The notes beneath the pieces are model-generated. The model saw only the letters and a list, made by a program, of their open reading frames with translations. It was not told the DNA's origin and did not search any database. A stretch of DNA of 64,000 nt from Octopus vulgaris (taxonomy: Eukaryota): positions 103,106,001 through 103,170,000 of the forward strand of contig OX597823.1 of assembly GCA_951406725.2 (NCBI GenBank). The letters are read 5' to 3'. Shown here in pieces: positions 41,601 to 53,860 of the stretch. Each line of letters begins with the position of its first letter. The stretch's first letter is position 1. The position numbers and the translations under genes are program-made.

Positions 41601-43590
41601 TTCTATTCCTCCACACCCCTCTCTGGATGTCTGGCTTCAAGCAGCAGCAAATTAACTGATAAAAGAAAAGATTCATAGACTCTAGTTCAAAGTCACAAAC
41701 ACCTTGCATTTTGTTTGAATAAAATCAGTGGTAGCTGCAGCAGACAGGCAGGCTTTGTTGTCATGCAACAGGATAGTGTTGTGGTAGTGTTCTGATGTAT
41801 GTATATGTTTTACACACACACACACACACACACAAACAAACAAGTTACTATGTTGAATGTAGAGAATGACTGAGATAAAGGGAGTGTCTAGCAGTATGGT
41901 AGAGAAGGCAATTAAAAACTTGAAAACTGGGAAAGCCCTTGGTCCATCTGGAATCACAGTAAGGTAGGATTTGGGCTGGTCACCTGTATAGTTAATCAGG
42001 TCATTCAGGAAGGTGTAATACCCAGTGACTGGCAGAGCAGTATAATTGTTAGCTGCTATTATAGAGGCATCAAACTCCTAGATCAGGTGATGAAAATCAT
42101 GGAAAGAATTATTGCTCAATTAATTAGGAGCAGAATTAGGCTAGATGAAATGCAGTTCGGCTTTGTCTAGGGAAGAAGTACTACTGACACTATTTCATAG
42201 TCAGGTAACTGTAAGAGAAGTACTTAGCTAAGAATAAACATGCATATTTAGGAGTGATTGCATTTGTAAAGGCAGGGATTGCATGGGTGGGCTGGAATTT
42301 GCTGAGGCAAGAAAGTATCTTCCTCCTGTGTTATTTTTGGTGCTTATATATTTGTTATTGTTTAAATATAAGTGCATCATTTGCAGTGGGGCACCACATG
42401 CTTGTTTTTTCAAAATTACTCAACAAAAACCTTGATTTTAATAGGATCAACTAAGAACCATAAATTTATTGATACACAGTGTCTTATGATTGTGGAAGAC
42501 ATTTTAGTAAAAAAAAATTAAAATAACCCAAAGCTATCTTCTGTAAACAGTGAAGCACAAAAAACAAATATTCAAGGCTTTACAACTGTAGCTTCTCAGG
42601 TTACCTTTGAATTCTGTTTATCAAGCAGACTATAAGGCCAAACAACATGAAGTAAGAACAACTTCAAACCCAAAAATGCAGATGTGGATTTTAAACCAGG
42701 TCATAATAATGAGTGGAAAACATTTAAAGCATAGACATTTTAGTAATATAATATGAAGCTACAGATAGAAGATATATTCCTGCTTAGAACAGACCATACT
42801 TGGCAGAACTACTCCCCATTTATATAAATTAAATATTTCAAACTAACAACTTCAGCAGTCCTCTTCTCTGAGTAAGTTGAACACTCTTGAACAAAAGAGA
42901 AAGTATTATGTAATGTTGGGTTTCTCAACTTACAAATGTGCTCTACTAGCTTAGAACTGAGTGCTCTCATCTTTATGCAACCTATATCATCTGTTCATTT
43001 GTTGTATATTTGTTTTCCCATTTTTCTTGTGCTAGAAAATATAAGTACCATCATCATCATTTAACATCCATGCTGGCATGTTAATATATTTATTTATGTG
43101 ACTTTGTGTGTGTGGAACCATTAATCCCAATGTTTTTTTCTGTTGAAGTGTGTAGGCTTGAAACGTCAAAGACTTTTCCATTTTTCATGACCTTCAAACT
43201 AATATACCTTGCTTGTTGTTCCTTCATCTGTCTCTGTCTTTTGTTTTTTGGTCATTTGAACAACACACACATATATTTATCTTTTATGTTTTCAGTAAAC
43301 AGTGATGAAAGTGTTAACTTGGGTATTCCTCATTCAACATCATCTCAGTTATCGAAATCTCCATCCCTTGATATACTCCACTTAGAAGATAGTACTCGTG
43401 ATTCTTTGCTGAAGATTCTCACCCCGGAAGAATATGATGCTGTTGCACGGTTGCCTGCTGCTCGCAATGCTGATGACCTGAAACTTTTCTCTAAGTATAT
43501 AATCTAGTTTTTCTTTTCAACAATGCCAAATAATGTATTTTTCTTTTTTTCCTCAGAAAGGATGAGTGAATTTTAATGAGTTACACACAC

Positions 43591-43640
<50 letters not shown>

Positions 43641-44190
43641 ATGTGAGGGAATATTATTCCAAACTTACAGGGAAAAATTCAATTTAGAAATACTAAATCA
43701 AATTTATATTATAAATCTATTATATGTAATTTTCTAGATGGTTTGATTTAATTTTTCATTTTGAATTGATAAAAGGTGTTTTTTTTCTAATATATATATA
43801 TATATATACTAGATACTATTCTGGCTGTTTATGTTCTGAGTTCAAAACCCACTGAAGTCAGCTTTTCTTTTCATCCTTTCAGGGTTGATAAAATAAAGTA
43901 AGAGTCAAGTACTGGGGTTTGTGTAATCAACCAATTCCCCTCCCTTCAAAATCAGAAACCATTATTATTATTATTATTTAAAGAGGAGAGCTGGCAGAAT
44001 TGTTAGCATGCTGGATGAAACGTTTAATGGTATTTTGCCCATCTTTACATTCTGAGCTCATATTCCACTGAGGTGGACTTTGCCTTTCATCCTTTCAGCG
44101 ATAAGTTAAGTACCAGTAAAACATTGGGGTCTATGTAATTGACTTGTCTCGTCTCACCAAATTTCAGGCCTTGTTCCTTTAGTAGAAAGG

Positions 44191-44225
<35 letters not shown>

Positions 44226-45621
44226 TATTTAAGGCAGCGAGCTGGCAGAGTTGTTAGCATGCTGGATGAAATACTCAGCAGTATTTCGCCCATTGCTATG
44301 TTCTGAGTTCAAATTCTACTGAGGTCGACTTTGCCTGTCATCCTTTCAGGGTTGATAAATTAAGCCTTCTGAGTGGATTTGGTAGATGGAAACTGAAAGA
44401 CGCCTATCATGTGTATATGTATATATGTATATATATGTGGATGTGGCATGCAAGAGAGACGTCTGCACTGGTATGGTCATTTACTATGGATGGATGAGGG
44501 GAGATGTGTGAAGAAGTGCCACTCCCAAGCACTTGAAGGAATCTGGGGTAGAGGTAGACCCAGGAAGACATGGGCTGAGGTGGTCAAGTATGACCTTTGA
44601 ACGTTGGGTCTCACAGAAGCAATGATGAAAGACTGAGACCGCTGGAGATATGCTGTGACTGCGAAGACCCGACAAATAACGTGAGTTCATGGCTGTTTCC
44701 TGCACCAGCTTCACATAGAAGCCCCAGCCCTTCCAAAGTGCCTTGGATCGCAGGACGGCTTGCTGTGCTTGAGGAGCCCTATTGAGTGAAGTACATCAAC
44801 ATCAAAAAATCAAATGGAAATTGTAGTTGTGATACCTCTGCCGGTGGCACATTAAAAGCACCGTCCGTACATGGCTGATGCCAGCGTCACCGTGACTGGC
44901 TTCCATGCTGGTGGCATGTAAAAAGCACCAACCAATCGTGGCCGTTGCCAGCCTCCCCTGGCACCTGTGCTGGTAGCATGTAAAAAGCACCCATTACACT
45001 CTCAGAGTGTTTGGCGTAAGGAAGGGCATCCAGCCATAGAAACACTGCCAGATCAGACTGGAGCCTGGTGCAGCCTCCTGGTTTCCCAGACCCCGGTCAA
45101 ACCGTCCAACCCATGCTAGCATGGAAAATGGACATTAAATGATGATGATGATATGTGTGTCCCCTCCATTACTGCTTGACAACTGGTATTGGTTTGTTTA
45201 CATTTCCATAACTAATATGACCAACAAAAATAGACCATAGAGTAAGTACCAGGCTTTAAAAAAAAGACTTGGGGTCAGTTCATTTGACTAGAAATTCTTC
45301 AAGGCAGTGCCCCAGCATGGCCATAGTCTAATGACTGAAATAAGTAAAGGATATAAAAGATAAAAGCACCTATTTCTACAGGGATTGTTTCTGATTTCAA
45401 ACTCCACATTCAGGCTATTTCTTTTTTCCTCTCATTATCATGTTTATCCTCATTATCATTCCAGACTCTGCTGTTACTTTAATGGAAAACATCATCTTGA
45501 AGAAATCATGTATTATGAAGACTTGCGCCGCTCTCAAGTTGTTGCAATACTGGATAAGTTCCGTGATATTCTTGAAACCTGTACCCATGAAGATCCAGTT
45601 ACATCCATCTATGTACGGTAG
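16047..45621 (+). CDS. NPRL3: NPRL3 (GATOR1 complex subunit, nitrogen permease regulator 3-like), whole spliced CDS, 14 coding exons, 1761 nt / 586 aa
   Basis: Exons: 16047-16161, 18114-18171, 20664-20705, 23303-23495, 24731-24881, 30394-30466, 33059-33167, 34766-34800, 36895-37051, 37603-37709, 39007-39136, 39323-39557, 43296-43494, 45465-45621. All introns are GT-AG and the phases join without stops. Motifs match NPRL3 as I recall it: [113 protein letters not shown]. Confidence 0.96.
17056..17277. mobile_element. MITE inserted in a (TA)n tract
   Basis: Imperfect TIR of about 33 bp: CGTTGCTATTATG..TGTCGTA.GTCCAA / TTGGAC.TACGACA..CATAATAGCAACG; TA flanks. Confidence 0.85.
18114..18171 (+). 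CDS. NPRL3: NPRL3 coding exon 2
   Basis: ttgtag acceptor; (S)[18 protein letters not shown]; donor GTAAGT; phase 1 to 2. Confidence 0.8.
20664..20705 (+). CDS. NPRL3: NPRL3 coding exon 3 (42-nt symmetric small exon)
   Basis: Strong pyrimidine tract plus tttag; (V)[13 protein letters not shown]; donor GTGAGT; phase 2 to 2. The gene also reads through without it. Confidence 0.65.
22947..23166. mobile_element. piggyBac-type MITE
   Basis: TIR CCCTTTCGTTAC / GTAACGAAAGGG with TTAA TSD on both sides. Confidence 0.9.
23303..23495 (+). CDS. NPRL3: NPRL3 coding exon 4
   Basis: ttttccag acceptor; [43 protein letters not shown]...FNVVIVLK; donor GTAAAT. Confidence 0.9.
24731..24881 (+). CDS. NPRL3: NPRL3 coding exon 5
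   Basis: [50 protein letters not shown]; AG/GT boundaries; phase 0 to 1. Confidence 0.93.
26279..26319 (+). mobile_element. Helitron-like 3' terminus (hairpin followed by CTAG|T)
   Basis: CTAGCTTAAAAGC-cacccaaatagggca-GCTTTTAAGCTAG followed by T; 5' end not located. Confidence 0.35.
27079..27166. repeat. 20-bp tandem repeat, about 4.4 units
   Basis: GATGCCCTTCCTAACGCCAG units at the truncated end of an RTE fragment. Confidence 0.9.
27697..27776 (-). ncRNA. minimal type I hammerhead ribozyme motif, intact core
   Basis: UUC-CUGAAGA-[stem II GAAAGACACAAU/AUUGUGCCUUUC]-GAAAC-ACGU-GUA^GAA; stem III reduced to palindromic ACACGUGU; followed by AAUAAA. Confidence 0.75.
27940..28019 (+). ncRNA. 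mirror hammerhead motif with a G12-to-A lesion
   Basis: Same fold but C-AAAAC instead of C-GAAAC at 28005. Confidence 0.65.
28301..29211 (+). mobile_element. RTE-type LINE 3' end (ORF C-terminus plus 3' UTR with internal duplication and (GAT)n tail)
   Basis: [34 protein letters not shown]; UTR with repeated GTGCCGGTGGCAC-GTAAAAAGCAC units, ending GGACGTTAAAC(GAT)n. Confidence 0.85.
29780..29988. mobile_element. piggyBac-type MITE, same family, opposite orientation
   Basis: TTAA-CCCTTTCGTTAC ... GTAACGAAAGGG-TTAA. Confidence 0.9.
30394..30466 (+). CDS. NPRL3: NPRL3 coding exon 6
   Basis: (V)[23 protein letters not shown]; donor GTATGT; alternative in-frame acceptor would start at 30400. Confidence 0.9.
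32690..32975 (+). mobile_element. degraded RTE-clade 3' fragment
   Basis: [13 protein letters not shown] remnant, similar to the family at 14545-15000. Confidence 0.55.
33059..33167 (+). CDS. NPRL3: NPRL3 coding exon 7
   Basis: (S)[36 protein letters not shown]; ccag / GTAATT. Confidence 0.92.
34766..34800 (+). CDS. NPRL3: NPRL3 coding exon 8 (35 nt)
   Basis: [11 protein letters not shown](R); ttcag / GTAAAT; required to restore phase between exons 7 and 9. Confidence 0.88.
36895..37051 (+). CDS. NPRL3: NPRL3 coding exon 9
   Basis: [52 protein letters not shown]; tgtag / GTAATG. Confidence 0.95.
37603..37709 (+). CDS. NPRL3: NPRL3 coding exon 10
   Basis: [35 protein letters not shown]; ctag / GTAAGT. 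Confidence 0.95.
38539..38770 (+). mobile_element. tRNA-derived SINE (family B) with a Meta-domain-like core
   Basis: GGCGGCGAGCTGGCAG..GAGTTCAAATTCC..TTTCATCCTTT.GGGGTCGATAAATTAAGTACC. Other copies at about 1130-1520(-, two in tandem), 22277-22500(-), 33245-33473(-), 33750-34270(+), 43820-44365(+), 53930-54190(-). Confidence 0.8.
39007..39136 (+). CDS. NPRL3: NPRL3 coding exon 11
   Basis: [43 protein letters not shown]; ggcag / GTAAAT. Confidence 0.92.
39323..39557 (+). CDS. NPRL3: NPRL3 coding exon 12
   Basis: [25 protein letters not shown]...SSSDIAS; tacag / GTATGA. Confidence 0.92.
40164..40376. repeat. 213-bp imperfect palindrome in NPRL3 intron 12
   Basis: TACATTATTTACAATTGAC..GTTAACACAAT.. 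mirrored about position 40270. Confidence 0.93.
40283..40328 (+). ncRNA. minimal hammerhead motif, slightly decayed
   Basis: GGCAC-CUGAUGA-A-GGCUG..UAGCC-GAAAC-AUU^GUGUU; a more decayed mirror copy lies on the - strand at about 40212-40257. Confidence 0.6.
40754..41450 (-). mobile_element. internally deleted mariner DNA transposon
   Basis: Degenerate TIRs (..ATTCCAGAAG.TTT.AGACTT / AAGTCT.AAA.CTTCTGGAAT..); transposase remnant [18 protein letters not shown]. Confidence 0.7.
41860..42230 (+). mobile_element. RTE-type LINE internal fragment
   Basis: [48 protein letters not shown] remnants. Confidence 0.7.
43296..43494 (+). CDS. NPRL3: NPRL3 coding exon 13
   Basis: (V)NSDESVNLG...[25 protein letters not shown]; ttcag / GTATAT. 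Confidence 0.9.
44440..45152 (+). mobile_element. RTE-type LINE 3' end
   Basis: [21 protein letters not shown] plus the same UTR and (GAT)n tail. Confidence 0.8.
45465..45621 (+). CDS. NPRL3: NPRL3 coding exon 14 (terminal)
   Basis: [51 protein letters not shown]; ccag acceptor; TAG at 45619-45621. Confidence 0.95.
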
Positions 45622-46107
45622 CACCCATCTGACACAGAAACTATTTCTGTAGCTTCTTTGCTACACATGCTGTAACAGTTTTATAGGTTCCATTAATTGT
45701 GTGAAAGTTTGATAATTGTCTTGACAACCAATTAAAACAAATGAAAGTGGAGGAGAAAAAAAAAATATAAAACAATTTCAATTAGTTACATTGATTGATT
45801 TCTCCAATTTTTAAATTTACCATTAAATTATTCTTATTTATATATTTATTTCCTTTTCATCATCCCAAATATTTCAGTTTGGTTCCTATGCTTGTTAAAT
45901 TTTAAAGCATGACAAGAAAACAGCGTGTGTGTGTGTGTGTGTGTGTGCATGCGCATGCAAAACACATCTATCTAAGGAAGATAATCACGCAATTTTTCTT
46001 TTACTGTTACACGATTGGTATTATTTATTCAAATGACAATCTTACCATCTGCCTCTCTTCTTATCAATTAGTTATGAGAGACATGTAAAAACTAAAGAAC
46101 CATTGTT

Positions 46108-46156
<49 letters not shown>

Positions 46157-46705
46157 TGCAGGTGTGGCATAGGTGCAGGCATGGCCGTGTGGTAAGAAGC
46201 TTGCTTCTCAACCATATGGTTCTGGGTTCAGTCCCACTGCGTGGCATCTTGGGCAAGTCTCTCCTACTATAGCTTTGGGCTGACCAAACCCTTGTGAGTG
46301 AATTTGATAGATATAACCTGAGAGAGGCCTGTTGTACATATATATATATATGTGTGTGTGTCCATGTTTGTCTCCCCACCATCACTTGACAACCGATGTT
46401 GGTGTGTTTACATCCCCATAATTTAGCGGTTCAGCAAAAGAGACCGATAGAATAAGTACTAGGCTTTCAATTTGTTTGACTAAAGGCAGTGCACCAGCAT
46501 GGCCACAAATGACTGAAACAAATAAAAGAATATATACACGTATACTGTATAGTATATATATATACTGTATAATATATATATATATATCACGTGATCACAT
46601 GACCGACCAGGCTATCAGATGTTGCTACACATCGCTGGTCACAATGTGCTTCACATTGCTTTAGCCTTCAAAAGATGCCACCCTGCTGGCTAAGCGAGCA
46701 GGCCA

Positions 46706-46736
<31 letters not shown>

Positions 46737-49700
46737 CTGTATTATATTTATATATATATATAATATACATATACTGTGTTATGTATATACTGTATAATAT
46801 ATTTATGCATGTATGTATGTATTGTGCAGTGTATTTATAATATATAGAGGTATATATTATGTGTATGTCATAATTTTAATCTGTAATGATGTTTGATTCA
46901 TGAATGAGAACATTAACTATAATGGACAAAATTTTTCTGAATTGGTGGTTAATGCTTGTCACATCACAACACAGAATTCAAAATCGAATCTAAAAAGAAT
47001 GAGATTTGATAAGTGACTTTGGTGGTGAAAATATATTGGGATTAGAAAGGAAATATTGTCTCAGGATGATCAAAAAATTATCAAGATATTAATGTTTGAC
47101 GTAAGGCCAACCCATTTTATTTTGCTGATGATGGAATGCTCTAATGTGAACCAGGATTTTGTGTCATGTCACAAAGGATAGTTACTAGTATTGATAGGTT
47201 AGCAATGATCTGAAACATCAGTGTCCGCTTCATCATATGATTTGCAACCATACACTTTTTCAGATTGTATCATGTTAGCTCAGTCTGGAAATTGGTGCTA
47301 ATCAGAAATAAATTCTGTAATAAAACTATAGCAACAATTGTTAGCCATAAGTGTGAATTGATAAACTTCTCTGCTTTCCTCCATTGTTTTCAAGTTAGTG
47401 TGGGTTGAATGATTTTGTAAATTCATACATTTGCAAGTATTAGTGGATTTTTGCTAACCACTCAATTAAGAAGTGTGAATTTGAGACGCTATATTATTCT
47501 CTTCTATATTAACTGAATCTTTAAATCTCAATGGAATGCTTGAAACTGCCATCTTTGATTTGGTAATCACTCAATTTCCATTCTCAATAACAATAATGAT
47601 AATTATTGCTATATCTGATTTATATGTATTTAAGTTTTATTCATATCTTTGGCATATTTTAATTATTCCGGTTGTGAAGTTAACATGTTAGGTTACTGAC
47701 CACATGGTAATGAATTCTTATGACACTTGAATATTGCACACGAACTTGCTCCTGTTCAACTGGCCAATAGTAGGTTCTGCTCCCTAATTTATTATTGAGT
47801 GGTGACCCATGGGCATAGAGTCTGTTTGAGCAGAACTGACTAGGGACTCCTCAGTTACATCAACAGCCTTTGAGTTAATGATATCATATACATAAGTACA
47901 AGTTATGTAAGGGGAGCCTCTACATGATCACTTAATCTGTTAGAAATAGCAATCACATATCCCTCTAATCATACTCTCTGTCTTAAAAGTGATAGGACAC
48001 ATTGGACAGTGAGGTCCTGGCTATACAAAAGGACAAGATGGTCAGAGCAATCAAACCAACCCTATTGTCTTAAAAAGAAAAGCATAACAACGTAATCTTA
48101 AACACCCATTTATCTGGAGAGAAAAATGAGGATCACTGCTGGAATACCTTTGCTCATTTGATCATGGGTCTGCTCAATCAGGGCTGGTTTAGGGTTAAAC
48201 AATAATATATATTAGCACTTGAAACCATTGTGTAGTTTTAGTATACCCACATGACTGATAACACTATATTAGTTTAGTACACAAGAAATGCATAGTGTAA
48301 TAGTTTTTAATAGATCAGTAAATTTGATGATGTATTTTGTTTCAATATGCTATAACTGTATAATTCTAACATAATGATGATGTTTTTGACTTTTTATGGT
48401 CTAAATATTATTAAATATTATTGAAAAAAAAATCACTCCTCATTAAAATTCCTCATTATTCATTTTGATACTAATGATGAATTTAAGAAATAATTTCACG
48501 TAACTTAGATACAATTTAGACAAGTGTTTCATCACCTTGAATTGTGAATTTCTGCCAGAATCCTGCCTTATAGTAACAATCTTCAGATCTCAACACTTTT
48601 TTTTACATGGTCTTATGTACTTTTTGAAAAACCTGTTGTCATTTTTTTCTTCCATTGTATCATTATAAACCCAGGATGAGTATTTTAAAATTGTTATGCT
48701 TTTATATTTTATCTTATTTTATTTTTTTGATTAGCTGCTAAATTAGAAGGCATAAATTGAAATGAAATTAGTGGTTATACTCATTGGGAAAATATTCTGT
48801 TATGTCTGTTGTTAGATTTGCAAACAAAGCCCTTGTTTGTAGCTTGAAAACTGTTATTAGGTCAGCACTATAGAAAAGCCTGTAGCAAGAGAATCACTTG
48901 TGACATTGTATTCAGTCAGTAAGGAGAGGTTGTACCTTATGAGTAACAAACACTGCACTTAGTCTACCTAACTGTAATTAAGATGCACAGCGGGGTAGTT
49001 TTCAGTACTGTATACCAATGCTGAGCTCCAATCCTCTCATGGGCCTGGAGAAGGCAACATGAAGCTGTTACTGTGCATCTTTTCCAAAATACAGACATAT
49101 CCTCCTCAGAAATAAATAGGGCTGATCATTCATCAATGGATAACTCTGCTTAGAAATGCTAATATTTTATTTGTAATACTTTTTTTATAACTTAATTGTA
49201 ATATGAAACAATTAGAGAAAAAAAATGTACAAAACAAATTCACACACACACACACACACGTACATAAGCAAAACATCTAATTTATATGTTGTTTATTAAT
49301 TTTGTTTATCTTTTGTTTTTATTTTTGTATATTGGCTGTGAAATTGTTATTGATTTCTTCCACATTTCTTAATTGGCTTGAATATTTTAATTACTGAGTT
49401 CCTGGCCAATTTGTTTCCATCATTAAAACTGTAATTTATCATTACAGTCATATAAAGAAAAAAAAAATTTTTTAATCTATTTTGTCTTAAATAAAAGAAA
49501 AATATTGTATTCCTTGTTGTTTTAGTGTTTTGTAAAGAGTCAACAACTTAGTAAGAAGTTGTGTGTATATCATCATCATCATCACCACCATTGTCATCAT
49601 CACCATCATCAATATCACTTGGTACATGCATCAAAGAAAAAAATTTTTGTTGTGTCTTGCTCTTTTGGCATTCTTATCATTAACCATTTTACATCTCAAA

Positions 49701-49759
49701 CTGGATGCATTTTATTGTGCAACCAACACTAGAGAATCTATCTGGGACAGAATTAAAGA

Positions 49760-50580
49760 ATCTCTGTAACATGTATCCATATCTGCTGGATGTGTAATGC
49801 CAGTGTGCACACACAACAGAGTATAAGTGCCCTGTGAAGAGAGTTGGACCTAAGAAGCATCAGATGTGTTGTGCAAGAGAGATGACTGTGCTGGTATGGT
49901 CATCTGTTACGTATGGATGAGGAGAACTGAGTAGAGGGAACCTGTGGAAGAGGTAGGCCCAGGAAGACCTGGGATAAGGTGGTGAAGCATGACCTTTAAA
50001 CGTTAGGTCTCATTAAAGCGATGATAAGAACTGAGACCTTTGGAGATATGCTGTGCTTGCGAAGACCTGGCAAGCCAAGTGAGACTGTAACTGTGGCCTA
50101 TGCCAGGGCAGCATAACCAGCCCACTTAAGAGTACCCTTCAATCATTGGGCAAGAAACTGCACTTGTGAAGATCTGTTGAGGCATGTGAAGTTGTCATGG
50201 CCGATGACAGTACAACCTGATTGGCACTAGTGCCGGTGGCACATAAAGAGCACTGTTTGAGCGTGGTCGATGCCAGTGCTGGTGGCACGTAAAAAGCACC
50301 ATTTGAACGTGATCGTTGCTAGTGCCACCTGACTGGCTCCCCTGCCGTAAAAAGCATCATTCGAGCATGGTTGATGCCAATGCCAGCTGACTGGTCCCGT
50401 GCTGGTGGCACGTAAAAAACACCCATTGCACTCTTGGAGTTAAGAAGGGCATCCAGCTGTAGAAATTTTGCCAGATCAGATTGGAGCCGGATGCAGCCTT
50501 CTGGCTTACCAGCCCTGTCTAACCATCCAACGCATGCCAGCAGGGAAAGCGGATGTTAAACGATGGTGGTGATGATGATA
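49760..50580 (+). mobile_element. RTE-type LINE 3' end, degraded
   Basis: GRGRPRKTW remnant and the same UTR with several hairpin units. Confidence 0.75.
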
Positions 50581-51592
50581 TATATATATATATGTGTGTG
50601 TGTGTGACAGACTTCTTTCAGTTTCTGTCTACCAAATCCACTCACAAGGTTTTGGTCAGCCTGGGGCTATGTTAGAAGGCACATGCTCAAGGTGCTATGC
50701 AGTGGGACTGAACCCCAAACCATGTGGTTGGGAAGCAAGCTTCTTTGCACACAACTATGCATTTCATTTTTCTTTCTTAGTTGATTTTATCTTTACACAT
50801 GCATTTACTCAGATATTTCCTTTTAATTTCCATTAGCTGAATTTTTTTTATTAACAACTTCCTGTTTCATTCCTCAAATTTCATACAAACATCAGAGGGA
50901 TGAAACTTAATCATGAAATTCAAAGTTGCAGTATCAAATACATACATACATATATATATATATATCATCATCATCAGTTAATGTCTGTTTTGCATGGCTC
51001 AGATTGTTTGGCTACAGTTGGCAAACTGCACCAGATTCTAGTTGTCTATTTTGGCTTGGTTCCTATGACTGGATGCTGTTCCTAATGCCAACCACTTTAC
51101 AGAGTGTACTGGGTGCTTTTTATGTAGAATCAATATGGGTTCTTTTTATGTGACACAAACACAGGGGTTGTGCTACACCAAATTCTCTGTCATTGAACTT
51201 GCTTATGTCACGGTTACATTTTCAGTTATAACATTGTAGAACGATAGTGAACTTTTCATGGTAGTGGATTGTATTTGAAGAATATGAAGAATACGTTGCA
51301 AGTAAGAGAGATCAACCTCATGCTAGAATATGAAGAATTTTTTACAAATTTAATGTGCCAACCAACCAACCTTTAAATCTAGTGTCCATAAGATGAAACC
51401 TTGAAACGATTACTCAACCTGCTAGAAAAAGCAGCTAAATCTTTCCCATCCCATCCTCTAAGACTGAAGAAAACATTGGATAATATAATTCTAAACATAT
51501 TTTGATTGAAAAATAGTAATAAAAAAAGATGAGATAGCTTCAATTATGCCTTTAATCATAAGTCTTCTCAATCACGGCTGACCTGGAGTTAA

Positions 51593-51813
51593 CCATTTCG
51601 TTACTGTATTTATTTTGAGATGCTCTGTGTTTCTTCTAATTATTTTAAATATAAGAAAGAATTTAGTAAAATAACATCGTTATCATTGAGCTAGTGTTAG
51701 GAACATAAATTGTGACTAAGATTTGGTGGAAATTTTGAATTCAAAACTTATGAAAACAAGACATTTACACTAAAGAGCCAGAGCCGGTTTCAGCCGGGTT
51801 GGTAACAAAAGGG
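51593..51813. mobile_element. piggyBac-type MITE, same family
   Basis: TTAA-CCATTTCGTTAC ... GTAACAAAAGGG-TTAA; partial copies also at about 18311-18510 and 2530-2732. Confidence 0.85.
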
Positions 51814-52561
51814 TTAAACAACATTAACGATAATAACTAATGAAGTAGTTTTTATATGGACATTCAATTAGCTAGAAACAGTAATCAAATTTCCTTTAAA
51901 TTATATTCTACCATCTTTAAAAAATTAAAGTATGTGTCAAATAGTATAGTCTTAGATACAATGCCTGAAAAATAAAATGAGATAGTCAAGGCTGGAATAC
52001 CTTTGATAATAGAACAATAAAAACTGGTTATAAGTGGAGTAAAATGATCCCGAGCATAAGTGAAGAACTTGACTGACAGGAAGCTTCTTACATGACCATT
52101 AATGTTAAAAGTAAAGAATATTACTAAAAGAATAGGGTATGTGTATGCTTGTACAATGTGATAGTAATAAAATACACAAGGCAGAAGTGTGAAAGGAAAT
52201 GGAATAAAGTGAATAAAAATAACAGAAATATGTGTCACATGAAGAACACATCAGTGGGATTAAAAGTATCAAATATTTGTGTAGCTAAAGACAAAAAGAA
52301 AGCTTCATTGTAAATTCCTCGAGTTGAATAACAGTAAGTCAACACTAATTTATCTAGATAGAAATCATGTAATATTTTTGATGGCAGAACACAGCTGGAC
52401 TCTTGGTAGAGTCAATTGATAAAATCATATTTTTTAGCAGAATTTGTGTAGATTGGTTGTTAAGTATTTGAAGAGAATTTTTGTCAGTGAAATAAAGTGA
52501 ATCAGAGAATGAGGAATGTTACAATATAGCGGTGTTCTTGAATTGCTTTAAATAAAAATAA

Positions 52562-53860
52562 TATAATAATAATGAAATTATTGTATACAGTGCTCAGGTG
52601 CACCACAACTTGTCAGAAAGTGCGTATAAAGCATATGCAGTAATGTACAAATGTCTGGGAAGCGAACAGTGTATGAGTCAGATACATGCTTGCTTGTGTA
52701 TATGGAAGGGAGAAAATCAAGTGTAGTGTTGGCGAATCTCGAGAAGCATGGAAGCTTTGAAGGATGCAGTGCTCCGACAACTAACAACTGATGCCCGCAG
52801 TCTGTTCCATGCTTCAGCAACTCTTAGCATGAAAAAATGTTTCCGAAAGTCATGGGAGCTGTGCTGTTTTCTGACTTTGTAAATATGTCCACAAGTGTTA
52901 GACGGGTGGAGTTTGATGAGGTGCTCAGAGTTATTGTTTGTAAGATGGTTAATAATTTTATGGGTGTCTGCCAAGTCAGCTGCCAGACGGAGTTTCAATG
53001 TGTCCATGACCAGGGAAGTAAGGCATTCAGAATATGGCAAATGCCTGATGGAGAGTATTCTTTTGGTTGCACGTTGTTGAACGGCTTCCAGACGATTAAT
53101 ATCCTGGGCAAGATAGGGGGTTCCAGACCGGTGATGCAAATTTCAGGTGAGGTCTTACCATAGCTATATAAAGCCGGAGAGCAGCTCACAAAGGACTTGG
53201 TGAGTGATGCCAAGACACCCTCAGCCTTCTTGGCAATTTTAACGATGTGTTTTGTCCAACGCAAATCGCTGTCGACAATAACACCCAGGTCATGTTCACA
53301 CAAAGACTTTTTGAGATTTGTGTTGTGGAGGGAGTAAGTGGACGTTGGGTTTCTCCTCCCAAAATGCATGGTGGTACATTTGTCCACAGCCAGCTTGAGT
53401 TGCCAGTCCATGATCCACTGTTGCATTGTGTCCAGGTCTGATTGCAATAAAGATCTGTAGTGTACAGGATCTGTCCTCTTTATTTCGAGGTACAGCTTGA
53501 TGTCATCTGCATATTTCAGCACTGTGGCATTCTTTAAGTTGGCATCTATGTCATTAACATATGCAACAAATAAAAGGGGGCCAAGAACAGATCCCTGTGG
53601 TACACCAGATGTCATCTCATAGGGTGAAGAGTGCTGTCCTAGAACTGTGACAACCTCTTTTCGGCCGAAAATAAAGGACTTCATCCAGTTATGGAGTTCG
53701 TCTCTTACGCCCAACGCAGAGAGTTTCACCATAAGTCTTTTGTGTGGCACAGAGTTAAAAGCCTTAGCAAAGTCCAGGTAAACAACATCCACCCAGGATC
53801 CGCGATCAGTGATTTGGGTAATGTCCTCAAGAAACTCCTTGAGTTTCTTGAGGACATTAC
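52562..53860 (-). mobile_element. CR1-clade LINE, 5'-truncated
   Basis: RT motifs VDVVYLDFAKAF, SGVPQGSVLGPLLF, KYADD, W..WQL; C-terminal FFMLRVAEAWN; (ATT)n tail. Confidence 0.9.

Noticed and set aside
43470-43497. CTGATGA-CCT-GAAAC hammerhead-like string
   Set aside because: It lies inside coding exon 13 (ADDLKL) and has no stem II
47120-47222. TGATGA ... CTGA resembling a C/D box snoRNA
   Set aside because: No convincing terminal stem or recognisable guide sequence, and it is not intronic
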